From contig JBGSVZ010000098.1 of the NCBI GenBank assembly GCA_041752695.1, positions 23,290 to 87,289 on the forward strand: 64,000 nucleotides of DNA, written 5' to 3'. The notes beneath the pieces are model-generated. The model saw only the letters and a list, made by a program, of their open reading frames with translations. It ran no database searches and was not told the DNA's origin. Made by a program: the position numbers and the translations under genes. This document shows positions 19,531 through 29,158 of the stretch, one piece after another. The DNA comes from Terrimicrobiaceae bacterium (lineage in GTDB: Bacteria > Verrucomicrobiota > Verrucomicrobiia > Chthoniobacterales > Terrimicrobiaceae). Each line of letters starts with the position of its first letter. Position 1 is the stretch's first letter.

Positions 19531-20580
19531 ATGGTTGAGGCTTTTGGCTTTCTAACAGCTTGTTGGTTGCTGGCCTTAGCGATAATGTCGCTAGTGCGGG
19601 CAACTTCCATGTCCCGGTTCTTTGCTTCCTTAGTGGCGATCGAACTAGGACATTGGCTGGCGCTGCCTGCTTTGGCGCTGGCGTTTCTGGCAGGCGTTTC
19701 CACTCCGTGGGGTGTTGCGACCGGGGTATTGAGCGTGATGGCGGCGATTTTGTTTTTCCTGCCGTCCCTCCGCGCTGCGAGGTTCGCTGCCCGAGAAGGG
19801 CTAAAATCTCCGAGGCTGAAAGGGGTCGTGCAGCAGAGACGTCTGTTGCTGAACGATGGCTTGGTTGCCGATACATATTGGGTCCCCGATGGCCGGCGGA
19901 AACCGCTGATCTACGTTGTGCATGGCGGGGGTTGGGAGGGTGGGGGGCCTGGCGAGTGCGCGGGGTTCTTAAAAAAGCTGGCCCGGATGGGCTGTATGGT
20001 TGTGAGCGGGAGTTATCGACTGGCCCCGGCCCACGTCTGGCCCGCGCAGCGCGAGGATGTGGCAGCGGGTCTGTGTCAAGTTCTCGCCCGGGCGGAAGAG
20101 CTGGAAATTGACGAGGCGAGGACTTTCCTGCTGGGCCGCTCGGCGGGCGGGCAGATCGCCAGTGTGGTGGCGTGCTGGGATGGGGCCCCTGCGGTGAGCG
20201 GGTGCATTTGTCTCTATGCACCCTTTGACATGCTCTATGCCTATGAACACAGTCGGGAGGACGACATGCTGAAGTCTCCCTCGCTTTTGCGGCGATATCT
20301 CGGGGGCACGCCGGGTGAGGCCCGGGAAAATTACCTCTCCGCGTCCGCCTTTCACCTCGCCCGGCCGGGCATCCCGCCATTTCTGCTGATTCACGGAGGC
20401 CGCGACGATTTGGTTTGGGTGAAGCAGAGTCAGCGGTATGCAACGCAGCTCGGGGAGATTGGGGCGGGGTGTCGGTATCTGGAATTGCCCTGGGCGACGC
20501 ATTCGTTCGATCACATCCCGAACGGGCCGGGGTCGAGGGTGACGCTGGCGGCGATTCACGATTTTGTGTTTCCGGGTTAG
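19531..20580 (+). CDS. Membrane-anchored alpha/beta hydrolase (HSL-like/BD-FAE esterase)
   Basis: N-terminal TM helices, HGGGW, YRLAP, GRSAG nucleophile motif, HG..DD and HSFD. Confidence 0.88.
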   Translation: MVEAFGFLTACWLLALAIMSLVRATSMSRFFASLVAIELGHWLALPALALAFLAGVSTPWGVATGVLSVMAAILFFLPSLRAARFAAREGLKSPRLKGVVQQRRLLLNDGLVADTYWVPDGRRKPLIYVVHGGGWEGGGPGECAGFLKKLARMGCMVVSGSYRLAPAHVWPAQREDVAAGLCQVLARAEELEIDEARTFLLGRSAGGQIASVVACWDGAPAVSGCICLYAPFDMLYAYEHSREDDMLKSPSLLRRYLGGTPGEARENYLSASAFHLARPGIPPFLLIHGGRDDLVWVKQSQRYATQLGEIGAGCRYLELPWATHSFDHIPNGPGSRVTLAAIHDFVFPG

Positions 20581-20711
20581 ACGGGCCGGAAAATGCAATC
20601 CCGGCAGGTGACGGGGGCCCGGCACCCGCGATGCAAGCGCCTGCCTCCCTCCAACGAAATTCCCTCGACCCGCCCGTCCAGGCGGGTAGGTTACGGAATC
20701 GTCTTTTTGCC

Positions 20712-21059
20712 ATGAATCACCGAATTGCCAGGGTGTGTGAAATCATCAAACGCGAATTGGGGCTGATCATTGTGCGCGAGCTTACCTTCTCGGCGCCGTT
20801 GGTCACCGTCAGCGCAGTGGATATCACCCCCGATCTCAAACAAGCCCACGTTTTTGTGAGCGCTCTCGGCACGCCCGGGCAGCGTCGCAAAGCCTTGGAA
20901 ACGCTCGAGCACAGCCGCGTGATGCTGCAAGCCGAGCTTGCCAAACGCATCGTTCTCAAGCACACACCCCACCTCTCTTTCAAATTCGACGAGGCCATCG
21001 AACGCGGAACCCGCGTTCTGGGCATTCTCGAGGAACTTGGACTGGACGAAAAACCATGA
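20712..21059 (+). CDS. rbfA: 30S ribosome-binding factor A
   Basis: RIARV, VTVSAVDITPDLKQAHVFVS and KHTPHLSFKFD motifs; true start ATG at 20712. Confidence 0.95.
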   Translation: MNHRIARVCEIIKRELGLIIVRELTFSAPLVTVSAVDITPDLKQAHVFVSALGTPGQRRKALETLEHSRVMLQAELAKRIVLKHTPHLSFKFDEAIERGTRVLGILEELGLDEKP

Positions 21060-22033
21060 ACGCCACTTTTGCTGAAATCGAAGCCGCCCTTGATGGCGCG
21101 GAAAACATTCTTGTCGCCAGCCACATGAGGCCCGACGGCGACGCCCTCGGGTCCACCATTGCTCTTGCCTTGTGGCTGAAGGCGAAGGGAAAAAACGTCA
21201 CCGCGTGGAACGAGGAGGGCGTGACCCAAAAATTCCGCTACCTTCCCGCCCACGAGATCGTGACGGAACCCGACGTCACGCCGCGGGCGTTTGACGCCGT
21301 GGTGGCGCTGGATAATTCGGTGAAAAACCGTCTTGGAACCGTGTGGAAATCGGTGGCTTCCACGAAGTTGCTCGTCAACATGGATCATCACATCAGCAAC
21401 GAGGGGTATGGGGATTTGAATTACATCGATCCGACCTCGCCGGCCACCGGGCAAATCCTGTACGAGTTTTTCCGGGATCGTTCCGCAGAAATTACTCCGG
21501 AGATTGCGGGGAATCTTTTTGCCGCGATTTCGACGGACACCGGTTCTTTCCAATATCAGGGCACCAACGCGCGGACATTCGCGGCGGGGTCCGGGCTGAT
21601 TGCAGCTGGGGTGGACGTGGCGAAAATCTCGCGGCAGATGTACGAAAGCCAGCCGATGCGGCGGCTCGAACTGTTACGCTATGCGCTCAACAATGCAAAA
21701 TTTGCCTGCGACGGCCACCTGGCCAGTTTTTCCCTGCCGCTTGCCGCGGTGGAGGAAATGGGCGTTCTCCCGGAAGACAACGAAGGCATCATCGACCATC
21801 TGCGCTCCGTGGAGGGTGTGGTGGCGGCGGTGTTTTTTGAAGAACTGCCGGACAACATGGTGAGGGTGAGTTCGAGATCGAAAGACGAACGCGTGGATGT
21901 TTGCCGAATTTGCAAACAGTTCGGTGGTGGTGGCCATCCGCTGGCGGCCGGGGCCCGGATGAAGGGCACGCTGACGGCGGTGGAAGAGTTGTTTTTGGAA
22001 GCTGTCTGTCATGAGATCCGTAACCGAAACTGA
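21056..22033 (+). CDS. nrnA: DHH-family bifunctional oligoribonuclease/PAP phosphatase
   Basis: HMRPDGDALGS, DHH, TDTGSF and GGGGHPLAAG motifs. Confidence 0.92.
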   Translation: MNATFAEIEAALDGAENILVASHMRPDGDALGSTIALALWLKAKGKNVTAWNEEGVTQKFRYLPAHEIVTEPDVTPRAFDAVVALDNSVKNRLGTVWKSVASTKLLVNMDHHISNEGYGDLNYIDPTSPATGQILYEFFRDRSAEITPEIAGNLFAAISTDTGSFQYQGTNARTFAAGSGLIAAGVDVAKISRQMYESQPMRRLELLRYALNNAKFACDGHLASFSLPLAAVEEMGVLPEDNEGIIDHLRSVEGVVAAVFFEELPDNMVRVSSRSKDERVDVCRICKQFGGGGHPLAAGARMKGTLTAVEELFLEAVCHEIRNRN

Positions 22034-22733
22034 CGGCGTCCTTCTCGTGGACAAAGCGCAGGGCATGACATCGCATGATGTCGTGGCCATCACGCGCCGG
22101 GCGTTAAACACCAAGAAGGTGGGCCACTGCGGTACGCTGGACCCTCTGGCGACCGGGCTCCTGATCATCACGGTGGGCCGTGGCACAAAAATCCAGGACC
22201 TCATCATGAGTGAGGACAAGGAGTATGTGGGAACAATGCGGTTGGGCGAGGTCACCGATAGCCAGGACGCCGATGGTGTGGTGACGGAAACACGGCCGTT
22301 GCCCGAGCTGAACCGCGAGCAGATCGAAGAAGCGTTTGCCAAGCTGAAAGGCGATTTTTACCAGACACCTCCGATGGTGAGTGCGATCAAGAAGGATGGC
22401 GTGCCGCTCTACAAGTTGGCGAGGCAGGGGAAGGAAGTCGTGCGCGAACCGCGTTTTGTGCGGGTGTATGCTTCCGAAATTCAGGAAATCCGGTTGCCGG
22501 AAATTGATTTCCGCGTGGTTTGCAGCAAGGGGTTCTACGTGAGGACTTACGCGCATGACATCGGCCAGGACCTCGGCTGTGGCGCGCATTTACGCTCGTT
22601 GCGGCGGACAAAGTCCGGGCGATTCTCGGTGGATGGCGCGGTGACGGTGGAAGAACTCAAAACCCAGCCCCGCGAGGAAATTGTCAAACGTGTGCTTAGC
22701 CTCCCTGAGGTTTCCAGGCTTCGTGGAGCGTGA
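22011..22733 (+). CDS. truB: tRNA pseudouridine(55) synthase
   Basis: KVGHCGTLDPLATG, QTPPMVSA and CSKGFYVRT motifs. Confidence 0.97.
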   Translation: MRSVTETDGVLLVDKAQGMTSHDVVAITRRALNTKKVGHCGTLDPLATGLLIITVGRGTKIQDLIMSEDKEYVGTMRLGEVTDSQDADGVVTETRPLPELNREQIEEAFAKLKGDFYQTPPMVSAIKKDGVPLYKLARQGKEVVREPRFVRVYASEIQEIRLPEIDFRVVCSKGFYVRTYAHDIGQDLGCGAHLRSLRRTKSGRFSVDGAVTVEELKTQPREEIVKRVLSLPEVSRLRGA

Positions 22734-22743
22734 TGAGGGGAGG

Positions 22744-22779
22744 GACGCGGGGAAAAGGTGACGCGGCGACGCGGCGAGA
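22744..22779. repeat. Octamer tandem repeat (GACGCGGS) between truB and ribF
   Basis: GACGCGGG GAAAAGGT GACGCGGC GACGCGGC GAGA, period 8. Confidence 0.55.
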
Positions 22780-22788
22780 GCTGCACCG

Positions 22789-23739
22789 ATGATCGTACGG
22801 GACTCGATCTCTGAGCTTGCTTCCATCCCGGGCGGGCTTTGCGTGGCCATCGGGGTTTTCGATGGGGTGCATCTCGGGCATCAGGAGCTGATCCGGCGCA
22901 CTCTGCGTGAGGCGGAGCGGCTTGAAGCCACGGCGGTGGCCCTGACGTTTCACCCGCATCCCGCCTCGGTCTTGCGTCCGGCAGCGGTGCCGTTTTTGTT
23001 GACCTCGGCTTTGCACAAAGAGCAGCTCCTCAAGGCACTGGGATGCCCGGTGCTGGTCCGTCAGACCTTCAATCGGGAGTTTGCCGCTCAGCCGCCGGAA
23101 GACTTTATCGCGGCGCTGGCCAATGCGGCCCGCCCCCTGCGCATGATCTGCGTTGGCCACAACTGGGCGTTCGGGAAAAATCGCTCCGGCAATGTTGCCC
23201 TCTTGAACGACTTGGGGCGGAAGCTCAATTTTGCAACGATCGAAATCGACCCGGTGATGGCGGATGGGGAACTGGTCAGCAGCACCCGCATTCGGAAGGC
23301 GGTGCAGGAGGGCAATTTTGGCACAGCCCGCCGCCTGCTGGGGCGGGAGTACAGCATTCTCGGGACGGTCCGGTCGGGGCGACAGCTTGGGGGAAGGATT
23401 GGTTTTCCGACCGCCAACCTGACGGCGCACAGCGAGCAATTTCCCCCGGATGGAGTCTATGCCGTCCGGGCCCTCTTGCGGGGAAATTGGCTGGGCGGTG
23501 TGGCTAACATCGGGACGCGTCCGACGGTCAACGACTCCCCCGAACGTCTCCTGGAGGTTCACCTTTTCGATTTCTCCGGGGATTGTTACGGCGAGAATCT
23601 TGAAGTGAAATTCGAGGGATTTCTGCGGGGAGAGCAGAGGTTTCCATCTATCGACGCTTTGAAGGCCCAGATCGGCGAAGACGCCATGCAAGCGCGGTGC
23701 GTTTTACAGACGAAGTCCGACGCTGTTGGTGCCGGGTGA
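22789..23739 (+). CDS. ribF: Bifunctional riboflavin kinase/FAD synthetase
   Basis: IGVFDGVHLGHQ, VSSTRIR, GFPTAN, GTRPTV and LEVHLFD motifs. Confidence 0.97.
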   Translation: MIVRDSISELASIPGGLCVAIGVFDGVHLGHQELIRRTLREAERLEATAVALTFHPHPASVLRPAAVPFLLTSALHKEQLLKALGCPVLVRQTFNREFAAQPPEDFIAALANAARPLRMICVGHNWAFGKNRSGNVALLNDLGRKLNFATIEIDPVMADGELVSSTRIRKAVQEGNFGTARRLLGREYSILGTVRSGRQLGGRIGFPTANLTAHSEQFPPDGVYAVRALLRGNWLGGVANIGTRPTVNDSPERLLEVHLFDFSGDCYGENLEVKFEGFLRGEQRFPSIDALKAQIGEDAMQARCVLQTKSDAVGAG

Positions 23740-23779
23740 TCCAAATCCCCTGCAATCCGTCGCGGCGAAGCATCGGCAA

Positions 23780-26700
23780 TCAAGCGGGATTCAGGGGCGG
23801 CGGGGTGGCGGGCTTGTTCGCAGTCTTCCGGAAACACCCGCCGGTGCTAAACTGTTCCCAAGCGCAACGCAGCCAGCGGATGAGAGAGACGGCGAGCCAC
23901 AAGGCCCAGGCCAGCATGAGGATGCGGAACCACCAGATGGAGACGGAGAAACAGCCAGGCGTCGGGAGGGCGTTTTCGCAGCGAGGCTGATACCAATTGA
24001 GAATCGCGCGGGAGGAGGTGTTGCCTGCGATGAACATCTCTGGGTCTCCCAGCAAGCCCTGCGCGACCACGCCGATGAAGATGCCAAGCGAGATGACGGT
24101 GAGACCGATGAGGACGATTTGCAGAAGGTTGTAGCGGAGCGCGGGTTGTCGCAAAAACGATTCGTGACCCCGCCAGGATAGGAAAAACAGCCACCCGACA
24201 ACGATGAGGGCAATGAAGAGTGGCACCTGCGTGAGGCCGATGGTGAGGAGCATCCATTCGAAGGGCCGCAGCGGCGAGGATGGCACGCGTCCGAGCGCCC
24301 AGGCCGCGATCAGGCTGCAGACCAGCACGGTCCAGAAACGCACGGCGGGCCCGCGCAGGGGACCGTCCGTCCAAAGCACCCAGCGGTTGTCCGGCACGGT
24401 GATCACCGTGGTGATGTTGGCGCTTTCCACCGGCAGGGTCACTTGCTCGGCGCGGGCTTGAAAGCCGAGGGGCGTGTTGGTTTTCCATTCGAGAGACAGG
24501 CTCTGTTCGCCGGGGCGCAGGGGGATGATCACCTTGTCGCCATCCTTGCGCACGGGAATGGTCTGCCCGTTGAAAGTGAGATTGGTGACATCCGCGCCAC
24601 CGGGCAGCCCGATGAGAAAATCCTCCCCGAGGCTGCAACGCAGCGACAGGTCGAGCTTGGTGGTGCGCTGGCGTTTTCCCAGCGTGATGGTGTGGGTGCC
24701 GTTGTTCACCGTGACCGTGGCACCGGAAATGGCTTCCGGACGGGTGATCGCGAGATCGACACTTTCCCCCGGCCAGGGGTGCCAGACGGGGACGAGTTCG
24801 GGATTACCCGGAAGAAACACCGGTGGCAGGCCGGCGATGGTGACGTTCCATACCGGCGACGCCACGAGGTCCCAACGTTCGACCCACGAATCCTCCGGCT
24901 TGGTGGCAAGACGAAGGGTATTGGCGGGCGGGATTTCGCTTTGCCAGGCGAACGAGGCATCCTTCGCCCCGAGGCGTACTTCGATGAACCCGTCCTTCAC
25001 CACGGTGTTGGCGGAGAGAACATTTTCGCCCGGCAAAAGCGGCACACGCAAGGCCACGGCCTTGCCCTCGGGTGAGAGGCGCGAAACGGTCGTGTTCACC
25101 TGCCAGACGAGGCCAAGTTCCAGATGGCGCTGCACCACGACAAGAGATTGGTAATCCTGTCGGTCGTAACTGGCCTGTCCGGCGGTGGACTTTTGCTGGA
25201 GGGCAAAAAACACCTGCTGTTCCGGCACGCCGTCGGGTTTTACACCGCTGACATTCCAGCCGGGGGCGTTGATCGTGACCCGGCGGGGTTTCAGTTGGAA
25301 TGTCCATTCCCATTCGGTCGCGTCCGAAAGCCGACCTTCGACCTGAACGCGATGCACCCCCGGCGGCAAAACGATCCACAAATAGCCATCATCGCGGCGC
25401 AAGGCGGCCTCGGGCTTGCCGTCCACCGTCACCGCAACCGGAGACCATTCCGGCAGCCGGCCCGGCAGGGGCACGGCGACGCGGATCGCGGTGTGGATCT
25501 CCGCGTCCATGGTCAATTTGCGGTCTTGAAGAGATAGTGCCACAGACGAAATCGTGGCTGCGGTCGGATAAGCGTCGGAAGGTTCCAGCAGGCGCTCGCG
25601 CAGGGTGGCCAGGGTTTCCTTGTCGGGGATTTCCTGCGCCCGGGCGGAGGTGACACTTAGCCCCAACAAAACCGCCCCCACTGCCGCCTGGCCTGCCGCG
25701 GCGCGGAGCGCCGGTCCGCCGAGACGCCGCGGGTTGAGCAGGATCGCCGCCAGCGTAAGCAGAAGGGCGATGCGCAGCACGGTGAGCACGCGTTCGAGAC
25801 CGACCGAAATCAAAATCGGCCGCACTTGCTGCGTCTGTGTCACCGGTCCATTCCAGCCATAAGTCACGGTGCGCCAGGTCCAATCCGGCACGCCGGGGCC
25901 GGTCTGAATCCGGGCCTTGGCGTCGTAGAGGAGGTTGGATTTGTCGGACTGGCCACGGGCGGAGGATAATCCCCAACCGCCCGAATAGGATTTCATTCGT
26001 CGCGTATTGGAAGAAGCGCGGCTTTCCTCTTCCTGGAGCTCGACGACGGATTCTGAATCTGCCGGGGCGTTGGGCACGGCGGCTTCCTCGACCACGACCA
26101 TTTGCGATTCCCTCATTTGGTGGCGCCCCGCAACCTCCTCCAACTGCGGAAACAGCGCCTGCTGGACTTGTTTGGAAATGAACGGCGCGGCGATGAGGAC
26201 CAGCAGGACCAGTGCGACCGACCTGCCGATCTGGACGAGGCGGCGGCCCCAACCTTCGGGGACAACTTTGAGCAGCGCGAGGGGGATGATGAGAAGCAGC
26301 CAGATGTAGCGCGGAGCGCCGGGCTCGTGATAAGAAATGCCAAACGCTAGGAACGCGACGATGGCGGGTCCCAGGCCCCAGATGCGGAAGACGGCCAGGG
26401 AAAAGATCAGCAACAGAAACAGGTCGAGCAGGGTCCAGGCAGTGAGCCAGTCGCCTTTCACCCAGTCCGCGCCGAAGAGGGCAAACAGCCGCCAGCCGGG
26501 AGGAAGGTTGAGGGCGACATAAAGCGAATCGGCGTCGGCCCGCCAGCCAGTGGCGGGAAGGGTGGCGGAGCGTTCCGTGCGGCCGGTCGCCTCGAGGTTC
26601 AGATTGCGCGTGCGAATTTCGACGCCGGGCGCGTTGTTTTCGGGATTGAGAGTGATGAGCTGACCCTGGCCGTTGCTGCGCACGGAGCCGAGGTCCTGAC

Positions 26701-27871
26701 CGTCCGCGGCATCGAGACGCCAGATCTGCTGCATCGCACCGGTGATGTCATCGCGAAAAGTGAGCCCTCGGCCATTTTCATCCAGCCACATCGTGCGGCG
26801 GATCGAGAGCCCCTGGGGTGTTTGCAGTCCCATGCCGCGCATGCGTTCCTCGAGGCGAAAGGGCGTCGCGGTGTCCCAACGGTAAACCGGAAACTCCCGC
26901 CAGGGGGCGGGGAAAGTGGTCTGCGAGACATCGATGGAGGGCGAGCCGGTGATGTCGACCATCCGGAAATCCGGCTTGGCGCGGAACGCCACCAGTTCTT
27001 CCTCGGTGGCCGGTTTGGCATCGGCGGCGTAGCGGAATTCGGTGGGATTATCGAGGCGGAAAGCGTTGGCGGTCAGGGTCCACTTGCCCGCGCGCACCTG
27101 GGCCTTCATGCGTCCGGCGTCGTCCACCATCACGGGAATCGGACTGTCTACGGACGACAGCTTCCATCCTTCCGGTAAAATGCTGCCGAGATCCTCTTCC
27201 CGGCTTTTGCCCGAAACAATGATTTCCACCTGCGTGCGCAGCCAGAGCGGGATGCCGTCTTCGAGGAGCGCATAAACTTTCACCGAGAGAAAGTCCTTGT
27301 CCGCCTCCTCGGTCGAGGCGTCGCGTTTCAGCCAGAGATATCCCTCGGCGTCCCAGGTGGGCGAAGGGACCGGCAGGCCGTCGAGAGTCAGTGCGAGCAG
27401 GCCGATCTCCTGAGGAAGAGACAGGCCTTGAGGAATTTCGTTCCAACGAAAGGAGCCTTCAAGTTGGTGGGTGCCCGGCACCAGTTTCACGGCCGGACGG
27501 CCTTCGTGCTCGACCACGGGAATGGCGGTTCCGCTCAGCTTCACCTCGACGGGCCAGACCTCCTTGCCTCCTGGCAAGGAGACCCAGGTCTCGCTAAAAA
27601 CTGTCACGGAAAGGCCAAATTTTCCGCCATCGCGGTTCACCTGGAGCGCGAGCAGGGAGGGCCAAAAGCAGATGGGTTTCTCCGCCGTATCATAGGGAGT
27701 GGGACAGAACCGGTGCGGCGCGTCCCAAGTGGCCCAGCTTTCCCAGCCCTTCAGCGGCCCCGGGATGGCGCGGACTTCAGCCACGGGAGTAGGTGCCGGA
27801 ACGGGAGGCGCGGCGCAGAGCAGTGCGGGGACAAAAAGAAAAACCAGCCGAAGAAAAAGCGGAAGGTGCAT
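23780..27871 (-). CDS. Large exported/integral membrane protein of unknown function with internal duplication
   Basis: 1363-aa ORF with signal peptide, two beta-rich extracytoplasmic regions and two multi-TM bundles. Confidence 0.8.
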   Translation of the reverse strand: MHLPLFLRLVFLFVPALLCAAPPVPAPTPVAEVRAIPGPLKGWESWATWDAPHRFCPTPYDTAEKPICFWPSLLALQVNRDGGKFGLSVTVFSETWVSLPGGKEVWPVEVKLSGTAIPVVEHEGRPAVKLVPGTHQLEGSFRWNEIPQGLSLPQEIGLLALTLDGLPVPSPTWDAEGYLWLKRDASTEEADKDFLSVKVYALLEDGIPLWLRTQVEIIVSGKSREEDLGSILPEGWKLSSVDSPIPVMVDDAGRMKAQVRAGKWTLTANAFRLDNPTEFRYAADAKPATEEELVAFRAKPDFRMVDITGSPSIDVSQTTFPAPWREFPVYRWDTATPFRLEERMRGMGLQTPQGLSIRRTMWLDENGRGLTFRDDITGAMQQIWRLDAADGQDLGSVRSNGQGQLITLNPENNAPGVEIRTRNLNLEATGRTERSATLPATGWRADADSLYVALNLPPGWRLFALFGADWVKGDWLTAWTLLDLFLLLIFSLAVFRIWGLGPAIVAFLAFGISYHEPGAPRYIWLLLIIPLALLKVVPEGWGRRLVQIGRSVALVLLVLIAAPFISKQVQQALFPQLEEVAGRHQMRESQMVVVEEAAVPNAPADSESVVELQEEESRASSNTRRMKSYSGGWGLSSARGQSDKSNLLYDAKARIQTGPGVPDWTWRTVTYGWNGPVTQTQQVRPILISVGLERVLTVLRIALLLTLAAILLNPRRLGGPALRAAAGQAAVGAVLLGLSVTSARAQEIPDKETLATLRERLLEPSDAYPTAATISSVALSLQDRKLTMDAEIHTAIRVAVPLPGRLPEWSPVAVTVDGKPEAALRRDDGYLWIVLPPGVHRVQVEGRLSDATEWEWTFQLKPRRVTINAPGWNVSGVKPDGVPEQQVFFALQQKSTAGQASYDRQDYQSLVVVQRHLELGLVWQVNTTVSRLSPEGKAVALRVPLLPGENVLSANTVVKDGFIEVRLGAKDASFAWQSEIPPANTLRLATKPEDSWVERWDLVASPVWNVTIAGLPPVFLPGNPELVPVWHPWPGESVDLAITRPEAISGATVTVNNGTHTITLGKRQRTTKLDLSLRCSLGEDFLIGLPGGADVTNLTFNGQTIPVRKDGDKVIIPLRPGEQSLSLEWKTNTPLGFQARAEQVTLPVESANITTVITVPDNRWVLWTDGPLRGPAVRFWTVLVCSLIAAWALGRVPSSPLRPFEWMLLTIGLTQVPLFIALIVVGWLFFLSWRGHESFLRQPALRYNLLQIVLIGLTVISLGIFIGVVAQGLLGDPEMFIAGNTSSRAILNWYQPRCENALPTPGCFSVSIWWFRILMLAWALWLAVSLIRWLRCAWEQFSTGGCFRKTANKPATPPPLNPA

Positions 27872-27938
27872 AAGTGGCGGTTTACGGATTCAACAGAACC
27901 GCTTCGCCCAGCGCGAGCGCAAAGATGGTTTTAAGGGC

Positions 27939-27964
27939 CTGGAGGGCGCCGGGCCCTCGGCGCC
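27939..27964 (+). repeat. REP-like hairpin CTGGAG-GGCGCCG-GGCCCT-CGGCGCC
   Basis: Perfect 7-bp stem; same foot and loop as the copies at 30513-30579. Confidence 0.65.
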
Positions 27965-27980
27965 GTGGATTGCGTTTCGC

Positions 27981-28244
27981 TCAGCCCTGCGACTTCGCCG
28001 TGATATACTCTGCCACGGTATTCACACTGACAAACGCCTCGCGCGCCACTTCGGAGCTTGGGGTTGCCACACCAAAATTTTTCTCGATGCTTACGGCCAG
28101 TTCCAGCGCGTCGATGGAATCCAGAGCCAGCCCCTCGGGACTGAAGAGCAGGGTGTCGTCTCCGATGCTTTCCGGGGTCACCTTCAACATCAGGCTCTCC
28201 ACCATCATCTTCTTGATACGGGCTTTCAGATCGGCGTCGGACAT
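27981..28244 (-). CDS. Acyl carrier protein (stand-alone)
   Basis: LALDSIDALEL phosphopantetheine motif, IEKNFG; start ATG at 28244. Confidence 0.9.
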   Translation of the reverse strand: MSDADLKARIKKMMVESLMLKVTPESIGDDTLLFSPEGLALDSIDALELAVSIEKNFGVATPSSEVAREAFVSVNTVAEYITAKSQG

Positions 28245-28426
28245 GGAAGGGGAAGGAAGTAACCCAGGCGCGGCGGAAAAACAGGAATATTTTTGGCCGG
28301 GCCTGCCGCGGGTTGAAGCGGAAAGAGGAAGTTTTTCACACAAGGAAACGCAGAGAATGAAGATCGAAAGGGGGTGAACGGTTTTCCACGCTTCAGTTTT
28401 CTCCGGCAGGAAGGTACGGTTTCCGG

Positions 28427-29158
28427 GTGTCCGTCAAATCGCGTCTCGATCAGCTTCTCGTCACCCGCGGCCTTTGCCCATCGCGGGAGAAGGCGCAGCG
28501 GGCCATCATGGCGGGGCAGGTGTTGGTGGGTGGCCAGAAGGCGGATAAACCCGGACGGACGGTGGCGGATGATGTCGTGGTGGAAATTCTCGCCGGCGAC
28601 AAATACGTCGGCCGCGGCGGGCTGAAGCTGGAAGGCGCTCTGGACCATTTTCAGATTCCCGTCTTTGGCCGCAAGGGCCTCGACATTGGCGCTTCCACGG
28701 GAGGCTTCACCGATTGCCTGCTCCAGCGCGGGGCGGCGGGGGTTCACGCGATTGATGTGGGCCATGGACAGATCGATTGGAAACTGCGCAACGACCCGCG
28801 TGTGACCGTGCGCGAGGGGGTGAATGCCCGCTTTTTGACCGCGGAGGATACGGGCGGCTTGGTGGATCTTTGTGTGGCGGATGTGAGTTTCATTTCCCTG
28901 ACATTGATTTTGCCCGCGGCGTTTGCGTTACTCACGCCCACCGCCGACATGGTTGTACTCATCAAACCGCAGTTCGAACTCACTCCCGACAAGGTCGGCA
29001 GGGGAGGCGTGGTGCGCGACCCGGCGTTCCGCGACGAAGCTGTCGAGAAGATTCGCAGTTTCGTGGAGGCCTCCGGGCATCGCTGGATGGGGCTCATCGA
29101 ATCGCCGATCACCGGACGCGAAGGCAACGTCGAATACCTCGCGCACCTCCGCCCATGA
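28427..29158 (+). CDS. tlyA: TlyA-family rRNA (cytidine-2'-O)-methyltransferase
   Basis: RLDQLL, YVGRGGLKL, DIGASTGGFTD, DVSFISL, KPQFE and GNVEYL motifs. Confidence 0.96.
   Translation: MSVKSRLDQLLVTRGLCPSREKAQRAIMAGQVLVGGQKADKPGRTVADDVVVEILAGDKYVGRGGLKLEGALDHFQIPVFGRKGLDIGASTGGFTDCLLQRGAAGVHAIDVGHGQIDWKLRNDPRVTVREGVNARFLTAEDTGGLVDLCVADVSFISLTLILPAAFALLTPTADMVVLIKPQFELTPDKVGRGGVVRDPAFRDEAVEKIRSFVEASGHRWMGLIESPITGREGNVEYLAHLRP

Noticed and set aside
19457..20713. 418-aa minus-strand ORF
   Set aside because: Pro/Arg-rich shadow of the esterase
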